From contig OZ244999.1 of assembly GCA_965223265.1 (NCBI GenBank), positions 5,952,001 to 6,016,000 on the forward strand: 64,000 nt of DNA, written 5' to 3'. This stretch comes from Planctomycetota bacterium (lineage in GTDB: Bacteria; Planctomycetota; UBA8108; SXIK01). Below the pieces are notes generated by a model. That model had not been told where the DNA came from and searched no databases. It worked only from the letters and a program-made list of their open reading frames with translations. A program made the translations under genes and the position numbers. The first letter of the stretch is position 1. Each line of letters opens with the position of its first letter. Shown piece by piece: positions 30,705 through 40,263 of the stretch.

Positions 30705-30764
30705 AACGAACCTGGGTCGGGAGTCGGCGGGGGTGGAAGAACGAACCTGGGTCGGAAGTCGGCG
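30705..30764 (+). repeat. Two 25-bp direct repeats, 10-bp spacer
   Basis: AACGAACCTGGGTCGG(G/A)AGTCGGCG at 30705-30729 and 30740-30764. Confidence 0.8.
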
Positions 30765-31043
30765 AATCCGACGCGCGCAGCGAGCGCTACGATGAGCCCT
30801 CAGAAGAGCGTGCTGGGGACGACCTTTCGACGTGCACAGCCCGCCCTGCCTTCTCGTCATGAGGCGAAAACTGCAAAAGGCACGTGAAGCTCAACCAGAC
30901 AAGTCGTGAACGCGCTCAGAGGGGAAGGTCGAACAGAACAACGCGACGAAAGAATAGCGCTGATGATCCAACCGGGACGAGACTTCGCTGGCTGCGACGG
31001 TATCATCGACTGCACTGATAGAATCTCGAGCTGGGAGTCGCCG

Positions 31044-32453
31044 ATGCGCTTCGTTTCGTGTTCCTTCACACTCGCGCTGTTCCTGCCGTGGGCCGGCGAT
31101 CTACGTTCGGCCCCGGTCACCATCGCCCCAGCCGCGCCGCGACTCGCCGTGGCGTGGAACGGTCCGCTGGGAAGTTCTGGGCTTCTCGCGAGCATGACGA
31201 CCGAGTCGCCCTGGGAGTTCGTCACGGCTCCTCTCGAGATCGGCCGCAATGCGGTTCTTAGCTTCGCGCGTGACCGTCTCTACGCGGTCAGTCGTCCAGC
31301 CGGCACAATTACGATCGTCCGGCCTGATAGCTGGAGCATCGAACGCGTGCACTCTCTCGGAGAGGGGAGCGAGCCCCTGGACATCGCCGTGGTCAGCGCC
31401 GAGAAGGCCTACGTGACGCGCGCCACCGCCAACCACCTCTTACGACTCAATCTGGTTTCTGGCGCGAGCGAAGACGTCGTGGATCTCTCAGCGTTCGCCG
31501 ATCGCGACGGCGTGGCGGATCTTGGCCGGATGATCCTGCATGAGGGCCGCCTGTTTGTGCAGATCCGGCGGATCAATTTCGACGAGCCCGGCGTCTTCGC
31601 GCCGCCGGCCTACCTGGCGGTCATCGACGTCGCCAGTGAAACGCTGATCGACGTCGATCCGGGGACACCCGGCATCCAGGCGATCCAGCTCATGGGTACC
31701 TGGCCTAAGCTGAGGATGCAGATCGTGCCTGAGTCGCGACGTCTCTTCCTGAGCGCCACTGGCACGTCGTTCGATGCTGGCGGCATCGAGGTGATCGATC
31801 TCGACGCACTCGCATCGACGGGCCTGATGATTCAAGAGCGAGCTGGTTTCACCGGAGCGGATCTCGGCCCGTTCGTCATGGTCACCCCGGAGCGTGGCTA
31901 CCTCGTCTACACGACGGATTTCACGATCTCCTCCCACATGCAGGGCTTTTCCGAGTTAGGCGGCGTCGATCCTCTGCCCCAGGTTTACGGCGTCGTCGAC
32001 TACTTCGCCCCGGCGCTCGAGTGGAACCCGCAGACAGGCACGTTCTTTTTCCCGAGTAGCGGCAGCGGCGGCGATGGCATTCGCGTCTTCGACGTCGATA
32101 CGGACGCCCAGCTCACACGTGATCCCATCCCGACGACAGGGCCGCCGACGGATTTCCTCCTCTACACCGACACCGCAGCTCGCTTCGTGCGCGGCGACGC
32201 CAATGTCTCAGGGGAAATCGACATCAGCGATGCGATCTTCATCTTAATCTACCTCTTCGGCGGCGTCCCCGAAGTCACCTGCCTCGACGCAGCCGACGTC
32301 GACGACGTCGAAGAGGTTGATCTCAGCGACGCGATCTACCTCCTGATGTCTCTCTTCAAGAACGGGCCCGGGCCGGCGGAGCCGTTGGACTGCGGTACCG
32401 ACCCGTCCCTCGACGACCTCACGTGTACGTCGTTTTCGGCCTGCAGTGAGTGA
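31044..32453 (+). CDS. Secreted YncE-like beta-propeller protein with C-terminal dockerin-like domain
   Basis: Signal peptide after ATG 31044, PLDIAVVSAEKAYVT, propeller-like strands, FVRGDANVSGEIDISDAI...CLDAADVDD...CGTDP tail. Confidence 0.75.
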   Translation: MRFVSCSFTLALFLPWAGDLRSAPVTIAPAAPRLAVAWNGPLGSSGLLASMTTESPWEFVTAPLEIGRNAVLSFARDRLYAVSRPAGTITIVRPDSWSIERVHSLGEGSEPLDIAVVSAEKAYVTRATANHLLRLNLVSGASEDVVDLSAFADRDGVADLGRMILHEGRLFVQIRRINFDEPGVFAPPAYLAVIDVASETLIDVDPGTPGIQAIQLMGTWPKLRMQIVPESRRLFLSATGTSFDAGGIEVIDLDALASTGLMIQERAGFTGADLGPFVMVTPERGYLVYTTDFTISSHMQGFSELGGVDPLPQVYGVVDYFAPALEWNPQTGTFFFPSSGSGGDGIRVFDVDTDAQLTRDPIPTTGPPTDFLLYTDTAARFVRGDANVSGEIDISDAIFILIYLFGGVPEVTCLDAADVDDVEEVDLSDAIYLLMSLFKNGPGPAEPLDCGTDPSLDDLTCTSFSACSE

Positions 32454-32615
32454 AGTCGACGAGGCAGCCTTGGCGCATCAGCGGTCTTGATTCTCACGCC
32501 GGAACGCATGTCGTCGCCTCGCTCGCGCCTGCCGACACGATTGTGCTCAGATGCTCGGAGACGTTCGCGTAGAATGGCGGCCGAGCACTCGCCGGCTGTT
32601 TTCAGGAGACGCGAC

Positions 32616-35600
32616 GTGAAGGTTCTCGGACGACTCGACGGCAAAGCACTTCACGTTATTCTCGTCACTGTCATTTCGCTTTCGCTGCTCGCACCGGAGC
32701 GATTGCGAGCCGTCGACTGTAACGGGAACGGCAACGAAGACGCCGCCGACATCGAGAGTGACTTCAGCGCTGACTGTAATAGCAACCAGGTCCCGGACGA
32801 GTGCGACACGCGCCCTCTGACGTTCGAGACCAGCGACGAAAGCCTGGCGGTCGCGAAGTTTCCACGATTCGTCCGAAGCGCTGACCTCAACGGTGATGGC
32901 GATCTCGATCTGATCACCGGCAATCAGAGCGCCAGCGGTGCGTCGACCGTCTCCATCTTGTTGGGCGCCGGCGACGGCGCCTTTCTCGATGCGATCGACT
33001 TCGACGCCGGTCAGCGCCTCGCGAGCTTCACGCTGGCCGATATGGATCGCGACGGAGATCTCGACCTCGTCACCGCGAACGATACGTCAGCTAGGGTCCT
33101 TCTCAACGACGGCGAAGCGCAGTTCAGTGCATTCACCGCCTTGACGGTGGCAGCCTCAGCAGTCTTCGTGGCTGCGGCCGACGTCAACGATGATGGTCAC
33201 CTCGACTTGGTGACGGCGCACTCGGATGCCGACATGATCTCGGTGCGCGTCCAGAGCGGCGGCGGTGGCTTCGGCCCGCCAGCCCAATTGCCAACGGGGG
33301 ACCATCCGAATTCCGTAGCAGCGAGCGACTTCGACGCAGGCGGCGATGTCGATTTGGCCGTCTGTAACCGAAATACCGGCACGGTATCGATCCTGCCCGG
33401 ACGTGGGGACGGCACCTTTGAAGACGCCATCGAAATCGAGACCGGCACGAGTCGCCCGTTCGCTGTGCTTGCCGCGGATTTGAACGGCGATGGAAATGTG
33501 GACCTTGCCGTCGGCAGCCCCACGAGCACGGCGGTGCTCGCGGGCCAAGGCGGCCACGCGTTCAGTGAACCGCTTCGCTTCGACTACGTCGGTGCGGCGA
33601 ATTCTCTCATCAGCGACGATATCGACGACGATGGCAGCATCGATCTCATCGTCGGATTCAAAGACATCGACAAAGTAACGCTGATTCGCAACCACCTCAC
33701 GACGTCGTTCTCGTTTCGGGCCGCCGTCGAGAACCAGGCACGCATGCTGAAGTCGAGCTCCGTCGCCGCAGGCGACCTGAACGCAGATGGTGCGACAGAC
33801 CTAGCGCTGATCGCTGGAAGCAACGTCGCGATCGCTTGGAACATCGAAGGTGAGATCGGCTCGGCCCTCTTCGACGACCAAGCGTTTCTCGCTCTGGGGA
33901 ACCCCCACACCATCGCCCTCGGCGATCTCGATGGAGACGAGGATCTCGACGTCGTCACCGGCAATCATGTCGCCGGGACTAGGATCTCGGTGCTCAAGAA
34001 CCGTGGCGACGGCACATTCGCCGATATTGCGACGTATGACACGCGAGGCTTCTCGTTTTCCGTAGAAGTGGCTGACCTCGATGGCGACGGCGACCTCGAC
34101 ATCGCCTCAGCGTATCCGGAATCAAGCGCTGTCCAGATCATCAACAACGATGGTCAAGGCGTCTTCGCCGAAGGTGCCAACCAGCGGGTCGGCGGCAGAC
34201 CGCACGACGTCGCCGTCGGAGATCTCGATGGCGATCGCGATATCGATGTTATCAGCGCCAATCTTTCGAGCAACACCGTCAGCCTGCTCTTCAACCGTGG
34301 CGATGGCACATTCGAGACGTGGATCGATCTCGCTTCTGGCAGCGCGCCAGTTGCGGCGCAGCTTGCTGATCTGAATGGCGACGGGGATCTCGACATCGCG
34401 GTGGCCAACTCAGGTTCCTTCGACGTGTGGGTCTTCGCCAATCGTGGCGATGGGAGTTTTGCGCCCGGCATCCCTCATGACCTCGTCGGAGGACCGACGT
34501 TTGTGGCTGTAGGCGATCTCGATCTCGACGGCCATCTCGACGTGGTGACGGCGAACGAGTCGGCGCAGACGGTTTCGGTTCTGTGGAATCTTGGCGTCGC
34601 GGGTGAAGCCCCGAGCTTCGCGGTGCCCGTCGACATCGCGGTTGGTGCCAATCCACACTCGGTCTTAACCGCCGACCTCACCGGCAGCGGACGCCTCGAT
34701 GTCGTCACCGCGAACCAAATCCACAACACTCTTTCCGTCCTCTTCAACGACGGTGGGCGTTCGTTCGCGCCGGCGACGTCTGTTCCCGTAGGAACCCAGC
34801 CGCGCTTCGCAGCCGCCGGTGACCTAGACCTCGATGGTGACATGGATCTCATCAGCGCCAATCGTCTTTCGGAGGACATCACGGTTCTGCTCAACCGAAC
34901 TGCCGCGTCCGGCGCTGACTACCTCGAGCGCATCTGCACCGAGGCCGACTTCTACGCCATTTCAAGAAGCACATCATCCGGTCGGGTGACCAAATACATT
35001 CTGCCAGCACGTGAAGATCCCGATCTGCTCCCGACGCTTTATCAAAACGTGCGCCGCTTCAGCCTTCACGAGGACTTCCTCGCCGGCGCTTTTCCGGAGA
35101 GGTTCCCGACGCGGCCCAGCGGCGAAGAGTACGATCAGCTCGTCGGCCGACGGGCAAGCCGCGATTATTACATCGGCGTGCTGTCCAGCTGGCGCACCAC
35201 CGACGGCCTCGTCTATACCTTCACGGTCGTCGCAGATACTGGTTTCGATCCTGCTGAAGTGCTGATGCAAGACGAAATCAGCGGGGTCTACGATTCCCTG
35301 AAACAATCCTTCACGCTCGAAACGCTCGCCTACTGGCCCGACGATCAACTCGCTCGAGAACAAGCGGATAGCTGGAAGGTTCCTGACTTTCCGATCTTCC
35401 TGCCGGAGGAAAGCGGCCGCCCCGGCGTCGACTTCGAAGCCTACACGCTGGGAACTGGCTACGGACGCGTCCGTCTTTTCACCCTCGAAGAATTCGAGGC
35501 AGCGAGCGCCAGCGGCCATTTCACTTTTCAGGATATCGTCGTCGTCGATGCGGCACCGCGGGACATCGAAGGCATCGTAGCGGGCGTCGTCACCGGAGCG

Positions 35601-38048
35601 ATTCAGGGACCTCTCAGCCACGTCGCGATCCGTACGGCGCGCCGCGGCACACCGAACGCCTTTGTCGAGGGTGCACTGGAAGAGTTCGCGAAATACGCAG
35701 GCGACCTGGTTCGTCTCGACGTCACCGCTACCGGCTACTCGGTTGTTCCTGCAGAAATCGACGAAGCTGAGGAGTTCTGGAGAGAGAGCCGCCCCGATCT
35801 GCCGCAGCTCCCCGACTTCGACCCAGACTACGCCCGCCTCGATGCCCTGGCAGAGATCGATCTCAGCGGCGAGCTGAACCCAGTGGCGCGCTTCGGCGGC
35901 AAGGCAACCAACCTTGCTCGACTGCAGAGTCTCCTCACGGGAGAGTTCGTGCGCTACCGCGAGCAGGGTTTCGCGATCCCCATGCACTATTACTTGGAGT
36001 TCATGCGAACGAATCGAATCCTGGTCGAAGGCAGGGGCGAGATGACCTTTGAGCAGCGTCTCGAAGAACTGCTCGCGGCAATCGATTTCCAGAGCGACTC
36101 CGTCCTCCGCGCTGCGGCGCTCGAAGAGTTTCGCAAGACGATGCGCGAGCGCGGCGTTGTCAGCCCAGAGCTCGTCGAAAATCTCGCGCGCCGCATTGAG
36201 ACCATCTTTGGCTCGACGCAGCTAATGGTGCGTTTTCGGTCGAGCTCGAACACCGAAGACGCTCTCGAGTTCAATGGTGCCGGTCTCTACGAATCGACCT
36301 CCGTCTGCGCCGCCGATAGTCTCGATCCCGCCAGACGCGAAGGCTCACACTGCGATGTGAGCAGATCCACAGAGCGGACGATCGAACGCGCACTCGCGAA
36401 GGTCTGGGCCAGTCTGTGGACGTTCCGCGCCCACGAGGAGCGGACGTTCTTCCAGATTCCGCCAGAACGTGCAGCGATGGGACTCCTGGTGACGCGCGCG
36501 TTCTTGGATGAGAAGGCGAACGGCGTCGCGTTCACCGGCAACCCACAGAACGTACGTGACCGCCGTTACCTCATCACGGCACAGATCGGGGAAGAGAGTG
36601 TCGTCAGTCCCGCGCCAGGAACATCCGTCGAGAGAAACTTGCTCGAAGTGGTGGAAGGTGGCGAGGTGGTCCGCATCATCCGCGACCGCCGCTCGTCGCT
36701 TGTCGCAGTGGATGAAGTAGTGCTCTCCGATGAGCATCTGCGCGAGCTCGCGCGGCTCTTGTGGCACGTCGATCAGAACTTCCCACTTGAGCTCGAGGGG
36801 CATCCGCGCGAGCAAGTTCTCCTCGACTTCGAGTTCAAGATCGAACCTGACGACTCCCTCGCAGTGAAGCAGGTGCGGCCGTTTCTGATTCCAGACAGCG
36901 CACCGCCATCGCCAGACTTCGAACTTGTGGTGCCGGAGGGCACCGAGGTGTGCGGCGTCTTCTCAAAGGAGCGTGTTGGTCGCGAGCCGGGAGTCGAATA
37001 TGAAACCAAGAGCACGATCCGCCTGCTCTCCGGAACGTACCCGCTCTCAAGCTCGGCCGACAGCTTCGCGGCGGAGCTCATCGAAGAAGTGCGCTTCGGG
37101 CCTGAGCAGGCGATCGCGACGCCGGAGGCGCCGGGTCTCTTCCGCGTCGCGCGCTTGGGCGCGACGGGAGGTGAGACAACGTACCGGTTCAACTACGAAC
37201 AAAACTTCACGCTCCCGGGAGGGGAGAGCTTTGTCGTTAAGCTGTTTGGCCTGCGTTTTACTGGACGCGGAGCACTCGCTGTGGAGAAGAGTCTGGTGCT
37301 CGACGAGGACTATTTGACCTTTGGGCTCGCGATGCAGGGATTCCTTGCTGACGAGCCGGTTGTCGGGTATTCGTCGTGCTCGCACGCAGTGCTCCCGCGC
37401 TGGGAGATCGCCGTCGATTTCGGGGCGGACTCTCAAATTCGTTTGGTCGAGAGATTCTTGCCGTCCGAACTCCAGATCTCGACGGGACCCGCTAGCCTGC
37501 GGCGCGCAGAGGTTGAGCTTGAAGGCCAGGAGCAGGTGGTGAGCGACTACTGGCGCCTCGTCTACGCCGCCAGGCGCCATAACGTCGACGTCCGCTACTG
37601 GGTCGTCCTCGAGCCGGCGCTGCGCTTGCCTTCGCTCGCCGCTGCGGTCCGCGTCGTAGAGATCGCTGCACCTGGCATGACGCATCCGACAGGCACGGTA
37701 AGCCTCCTTGACGAGAGCTTCCAGCTGCTGTCACAGCAAAACATCGCCAGTTTCGTGACGCGTCAGATCCAAGAGGCGAACTTCGTGCGCGGCGACGTCG
37801 ATGTCGATGGAGAGCTCAATCTCGCCGACGCACTAGCGATCTTAGGCCATCTTTTCCAGCGTCGCGCAGCACCGACGTGCGCCAAGGCTGCGGACGTCAA
37901 CGACGACGGCCGGCTGAACGTGAGCGATGCGATCGTGGTCCTTCTGCGGCTCTTCGCTGGCGGCTCCCCCCTCGCCGAGCCGTCGAGCTGCGGCACCGAC
38001 GCGACCGCAGACGCCCTCAGCTGCGCATCCTACTCAGGATGCGAGTAG
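32616..38048 (+). CDS. Secreted FG-GAP propeller / phospho-His swivel / ATP-grasp dikinase / dockerin-like protein
   Basis: AGGAG RBS plus GTG 32616 and signal peptide; about 14 DLDGDGDLD repeats; VVTGAIQGPLSHVAIRTARRGTPN; FGGKATNL, GFAIP, RSSSNTED..FNGAGLYES, VWASLW, GVAFT, KQVRP; FVRGDVDVDGELNLAD tail. Confidence 0.88.
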   Translation: MKVLGRLDGKALHVILVTVISLSLLAPERLRAVDCNGNGNEDAADIESDFSADCNSNQVPDECDTRPLTFETSDESLAVAKFPRFVRSADLNGDGDLDLITGNQSASGASTVSILLGAGDGAFLDAIDFDAGQRLASFTLADMDRDGDLDLVTANDTSARVLLNDGEAQFSAFTALTVAASAVFVAAADVNDDGHLDLVTAHSDADMISVRVQSGGGGFGPPAQLPTGDHPNSVAASDFDAGGDVDLAVCNRNTGTVSILPGRGDGTFEDAIEIETGTSRPFAVLAADLNGDGNVDLAVGSPTSTAVLAGQGGHAFSEPLRFDYVGAANSLISDDIDDDGSIDLIVGFKDIDKVTLIRNHLTTSFSFRAAVENQARMLKSSSVAAGDLNADGATDLALIAGSNVAIAWNIEGEIGSALFDDQAFLALGNPHTIALGDLDGDEDLDVVTGNHVAGTRISVLKNRGDGTFADIATYDTRGFSFSVEVADLDGDGDLDIASAYPESSAVQIINNDGQGVFAEGANQRVGGRPHDVAVGDLDGDRDIDVISANLSSNTVSLLFNRGDGTFETWIDLASGSAPVAAQLADLNGDGDLDIAVANSGSFDVWVFANRGDGSFAPGIPHDLVGGPTFVAVGDLDLDGHLDVVTANESAQTVSVLWNLGVAGEAPSFAVPVDIAVGANPHSVLTADLTGSGRLDVVTANQIHNTLSVLFNDGGRSFAPATSVPVGTQPRFAAAGDLDLDGDMDLISANRLSEDITVLLNRTAASGADYLERICTEADFYAISRSTSSGRVTKYILPAREDPDLLPTLYQNVRRFSLHEDFLAGAFPERFPTRPSGEEYDQLVGRRASRDYYIGVLSSWRTTDGLVYTFTVVADTGFDPAEVLMQDEISGVYDSLKQSFTLETLAYWPDDQLAREQADSWKVPDFPIFLPEESGRPGVDFEAYTLGTGYGRVRLFTLEEFEAASASGHFTFQDIVVVDAAPRDIEGIVAGVVTGAIQGPLSHVAIRTARRGTPNAFVEGALEEFAKYAGDLVRLDVTATGYSVVPAEIDEAEEFWRESRPDLPQLPDFDPDYARLDALAEIDLSGELNPVARFGGKATNLARLQSLLTGEFVRYREQGFAIPMHYYLEFMRTNRILVEGRGEMTFEQRLEELLAAIDFQSDSVLRAAALEEFRKTMRERGVVSPELVENLARRIETIFGSTQLMVRFRSSSNTEDALEFNGAGLYESTSVCAADSLDPARREGSHCDVSRSTERTIERALAKVWASLWTFRAHEERTFFQIPPERAAMGLLVTRAFLDEKANGVAFTGNPQNVRDRRYLITAQIGEESVVSPAPGTSVERNLLEVVEGGEVVRIIRDRRSSLVAVDEVVLSDEHLRELARLLWHVDQNFPLELEGHPREQVLLDFEFKIEPDDSLAVKQVRPFLIPDSAPPSPDFELVVPEGTEVCGVFSKERVGREPGVEYETKSTIRLLSGTYPLSSSADSFAAELIEEVRFGPEQAIATPEAPGLFRVARLGATGGETTYRFNYEQNFTLPGGESFVVKLFGLRFTGRGALAVEKSLVLDEDYLTFGLAMQGFLADEPVVGYSSCSHAVLPRWEIAVDFGADSQIRLVERFLPSELQISTGPASLRRAEVELEGQEQVVSDYWRLVYAARRHNVDVRYWVVLEPALRLPSLAAAVRVVEIAAPGMTHPTGTVSLLDESFQLLSQQNIASFVTRQIQEANFVRGDVDVDGELNLADALAILGHLFQRRAAPTCAKAADVNDDGRLNVSDAIVVLLRLFAGGSPLAEPSSCGTDATADALSCASYSGCE

Positions 38049-38086
38049 CAGCACAAGAGGACTGACGGCCTCTCGGGAGCCGCCGA

Positions 38087-38107
38087 GAGTCCAAAGGCTT
38101 TGGACTC
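38087..38107. terminator. Hairpin between convergent genes
   Basis: GAGTCCAAA-ggc-TTTGGACTC perfect 9-bp stem; no U tract. Confidence 0.4.
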
Positions 38108-38210
38108 GTCCGGCGCGTCAAAACAAGACGGAGCGGGGCCGGGCGACTGCGCGATTCGGCAGCGGCGACCCCACTCCGCCCGGGCGATCAAAAACGTCGC
38201 AGCGAACGCC

Positions 38211-39185
38211 TCACTTCTTCTGGGCTGTCTCCACCGCCGCGCTCGCGGCGGCGTACTCTGGGTTCATCGTCCGCATCGTCTTGGTGACGCCGCCGAGTAC
38301 GACGCGCGCTTCGTCAAGAAGCGCCGCCTGAAGCTGAAAGGCGCGGTGCGCTTCTTGGGAAATGGAGCCCATGAACTCCGGGTTCGCCTGCGCCCACGCC
38401 ATCATCTCGCGCCCGTTGGCGGCAAGCTTCTCCAGCCCGGACGAAAGCGCCATGACGCTCTGCGGTATCAGCGCGACCGCCTGGTGGCTCTCCGCCAGCG
38501 AACCGAAGCCGGCGAGAATCTTCTGCTTTTGCTCCGCACTCAAGGCTCCTGCTTCTGTTTGCGCGGCGCTCCATGATGCCTTGAGCTCACCCAGACGCGC
38601 AGCGACGCGGATCGGGCACGTCTTCCCGCCAGCCGCCGCCTCTTTGGCGCAGCTCTTCGACTTGCCTCCTGCCGCTACAGCAGTCTTGGTCTCCTTGGCA
38701 CACTGCTTCGCGGCGCAGCAGCCCTCGTCGGCGCCGCAGCAGGCGCCGGCCGCGTAGCTCGCGAGCTGGTGGAGATCACCGATGAGCTTCGTGCGAGCCT
38801 CTTTCAGCTTGAGGCCTTCGGCGCGTGCCGCGGCGTCGAGCGCCTTCTTGGCCTCCGCGCTCTCGAGCGGACAATGCTTGGCGTTTTCCTGCGCGCAGCT
38901 GACGACCGTGGCAAGAGAGTCGCGCACGGTGCCGAGAGTCGAACCGAGGCGCGATCCGACCGGGCACTCTTTCGCTACCGAAGCGATGCGCTGCTTCTGC
39001 TGCTCATTCAGCGGTTTCGCGTCTTTGGTCGCCGCCTTCCAGCTGGCAAGAAGCGACGGGATGCTCGCCTCAGAAGCAGCTGCGCCGGCGTCCTTGGCAG
39101 GTCCGGCGACGACGGAAACGGCGGCGAAACAAAAGGGAAGAGCGACGGCGAAGAGAGCGAATCGACGAAACGTTCTTGTCGACAT
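38211..39185 (-). CDS. Secreted Ala/Cys-rich helical hypothetical protein with internal duplication
   Basis: GAGGAA RBS, signal peptide MSTRTFRRFALFAVAL..., 10 Cys in the mature part (CP x3, CC x2), repeated LxASWxAA...LxxxQKQxI. Confidence 0.75.
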   Translation of the reverse strand: MSTRTFRRFALFAVALPFCFAAVSVVAGPAKDAGAAASEASIPSLLASWKAATKDAKPLNEQQKQRIASVAKECPVGSRLGSTLGTVRDSLATVVSCAQENAKHCPLESAEAKKALDAAARAEGLKLKEARTKLIGDLHQLASYAAGACCGADEGCCAAKQCAKETKTAVAAGGKSKSCAKEAAAGGKTCPIRVAARLGELKASWSAAQTEAGALSAEQKQKILAGFGSLAESHQAVALIPQSVMALSSGLEKLAANGREMMAWAQANPEFMGSISQEAHRAFQLQAALLDEARVVLGGVTKTMRTMNPEYAAASAAVETAQKK

Positions 39186-39409
39186 GTGATGGAATTCCTC
39201 AGAATTCACTCGAGATCGAGGACGTCAGCAGACGAAGCCTCGGTCTCGAGCATTTGTCCAACTCGTTCGCCGCGTCACGCCGACCCACCCGGTAGCCTCT
39301 GGGCGTCAGCGCTGTCGCGGCGGACCTTTTCACTGCAAATGCTCGATTAGCTCGGTTAGGTGGCGCACCTCCTTTTCTGCGGCGGCTGAACCGCTCAGCG
39401 GCCGCCTTG

Positions 39410-39435
39410 AAACAAACCGACTAGTTGGTATGTTT
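39410..39435. promoter_or_regulatory. TetR operator (palindrome) upstream of the Cys-rich gene
   Basis: AAACAAACCGACTAGTTGGTATGTTT, 22/26 self-complementary; related to the site at 40078-40093. Confidence 0.65.
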
Positions 39436-39454
39436 CCCTTGCCAAAGAAACACC

Positions 39455-40054
39455 TTATCGCCCATAGAGCGACTGAACGTATTGCTTGAAGTGAACTAGG
39501 TTCTGCGCCAAAGCAGCGCGCTCGCCGGTCGTCTTGAGAAGAAGCATCGACCCCTGGGCCAGAGACAAAAAACACGTGCCGAGACTCGCGGCATCAAAAC
39601 TCGCCTCCGGAGCGTGGAGCGCCTTCGCAGCCGCGAACGCCTCCCCCATTCCCGCCGCGAAACGTTCGAAACTGCACTGGCAGACCGCGCGCAACTCGGG
39701 ATGCGTCTCGGAAATCTCCTGCGCGAACGTGCCCACCAGGCAGCCCTTCATGTCTGGATTGCGGAAGCTCTCGATGGCGCAGTCGATCATGCAGTAGATC
39801 CGATCGAGTGGATCCTCAATCGCTGCGCAGGCCTCGGCGAATGCTCCCTCCTGCTTGCGGGCAAACCGCTCGAGGAGCACCTTGCCGAGTTCTTCTTTAC
39901 TGCGGAAGTAGTGGAAGAAGCTGCCCTTGGTGACACCGGCGGCGCTACAGATCTCGTCCACGGTCGCGGCGACGTAGCCCTTGGCGAGCATGATCTCCTC
40001 CGCAGCGTTGAGTAGCTGGTTGCGGGTCGGAGGGTCGGGATCTTTCGTGCGCAT
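39455..40054 (-). CDS. TetR/AcrR family regulator, NemR-like
   Basis: HTH GYVAATVDEIC..AGVTKGSFFHYFRSKEEL; C-terminal KGCLVGTFAQE resembles the NemR GCL motif; several Cys. Confidence 0.9.
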   Translation of the reverse strand: MRTKDPDPPTRNQLLNAAEEIMLAKGYVAATVDEICSAAGVTKGSFFHYFRSKEELGKVLLERFARKQEGAFAEACAAIEDPLDRIYCMIDCAIESFRNPDMKGCLVGTFAQEISETHPELRAVCQCSFERFAAGMGEAFAAAKALHAPEASFDAASLGTCFLSLAQGSMLLLKTTGERAALAQNLVHFKQYVQSLYGR

Positions 40055-40077
40055 GAATCTGTCGTCAGGCTTTCGGA

Positions 40078-40123
40078 TACATACCAGTCGGTATAAGAAT
40101 AACCGGGCAGCGCCCAGCGTCAA
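40078..40123 (-). promoter_or_regulatory. sigma70-type promoter of tetR with overlapping autoregulatory operator
   Basis: Minus strand TTGACG-N16-TATTCT followed by TACCGACTGGTATGTA (12/16 identical to the 39410 site), about 25 nt before ATG 40054. Confidence 0.6.
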
Positions 40124-40263
40124 GCCGGAAATCCAGTGAAGGCGCGAGATTCCGGAGAATCGGCCAGATTCTCGGTCCTGAGAGAGCGACCGGATGCGGA
40201 TGAGCGATGCATGACGGCGATCTTCCTCGCCGGAGCTCGTCCCCGCCAACAAGGAGTCCCGAG

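Noticed and set aside
30705-30764. Mini-CRISPR
   Set aside because: Only two repeats, a 10-bp spacer and no cas genes
35500-36900. Annotation as PEP synthase/PPDK (ppsA/ppdK)
   Set aside because: Domain order is reversed, no pyruvate-binding barrel is recognised, and the protein has a signal peptide
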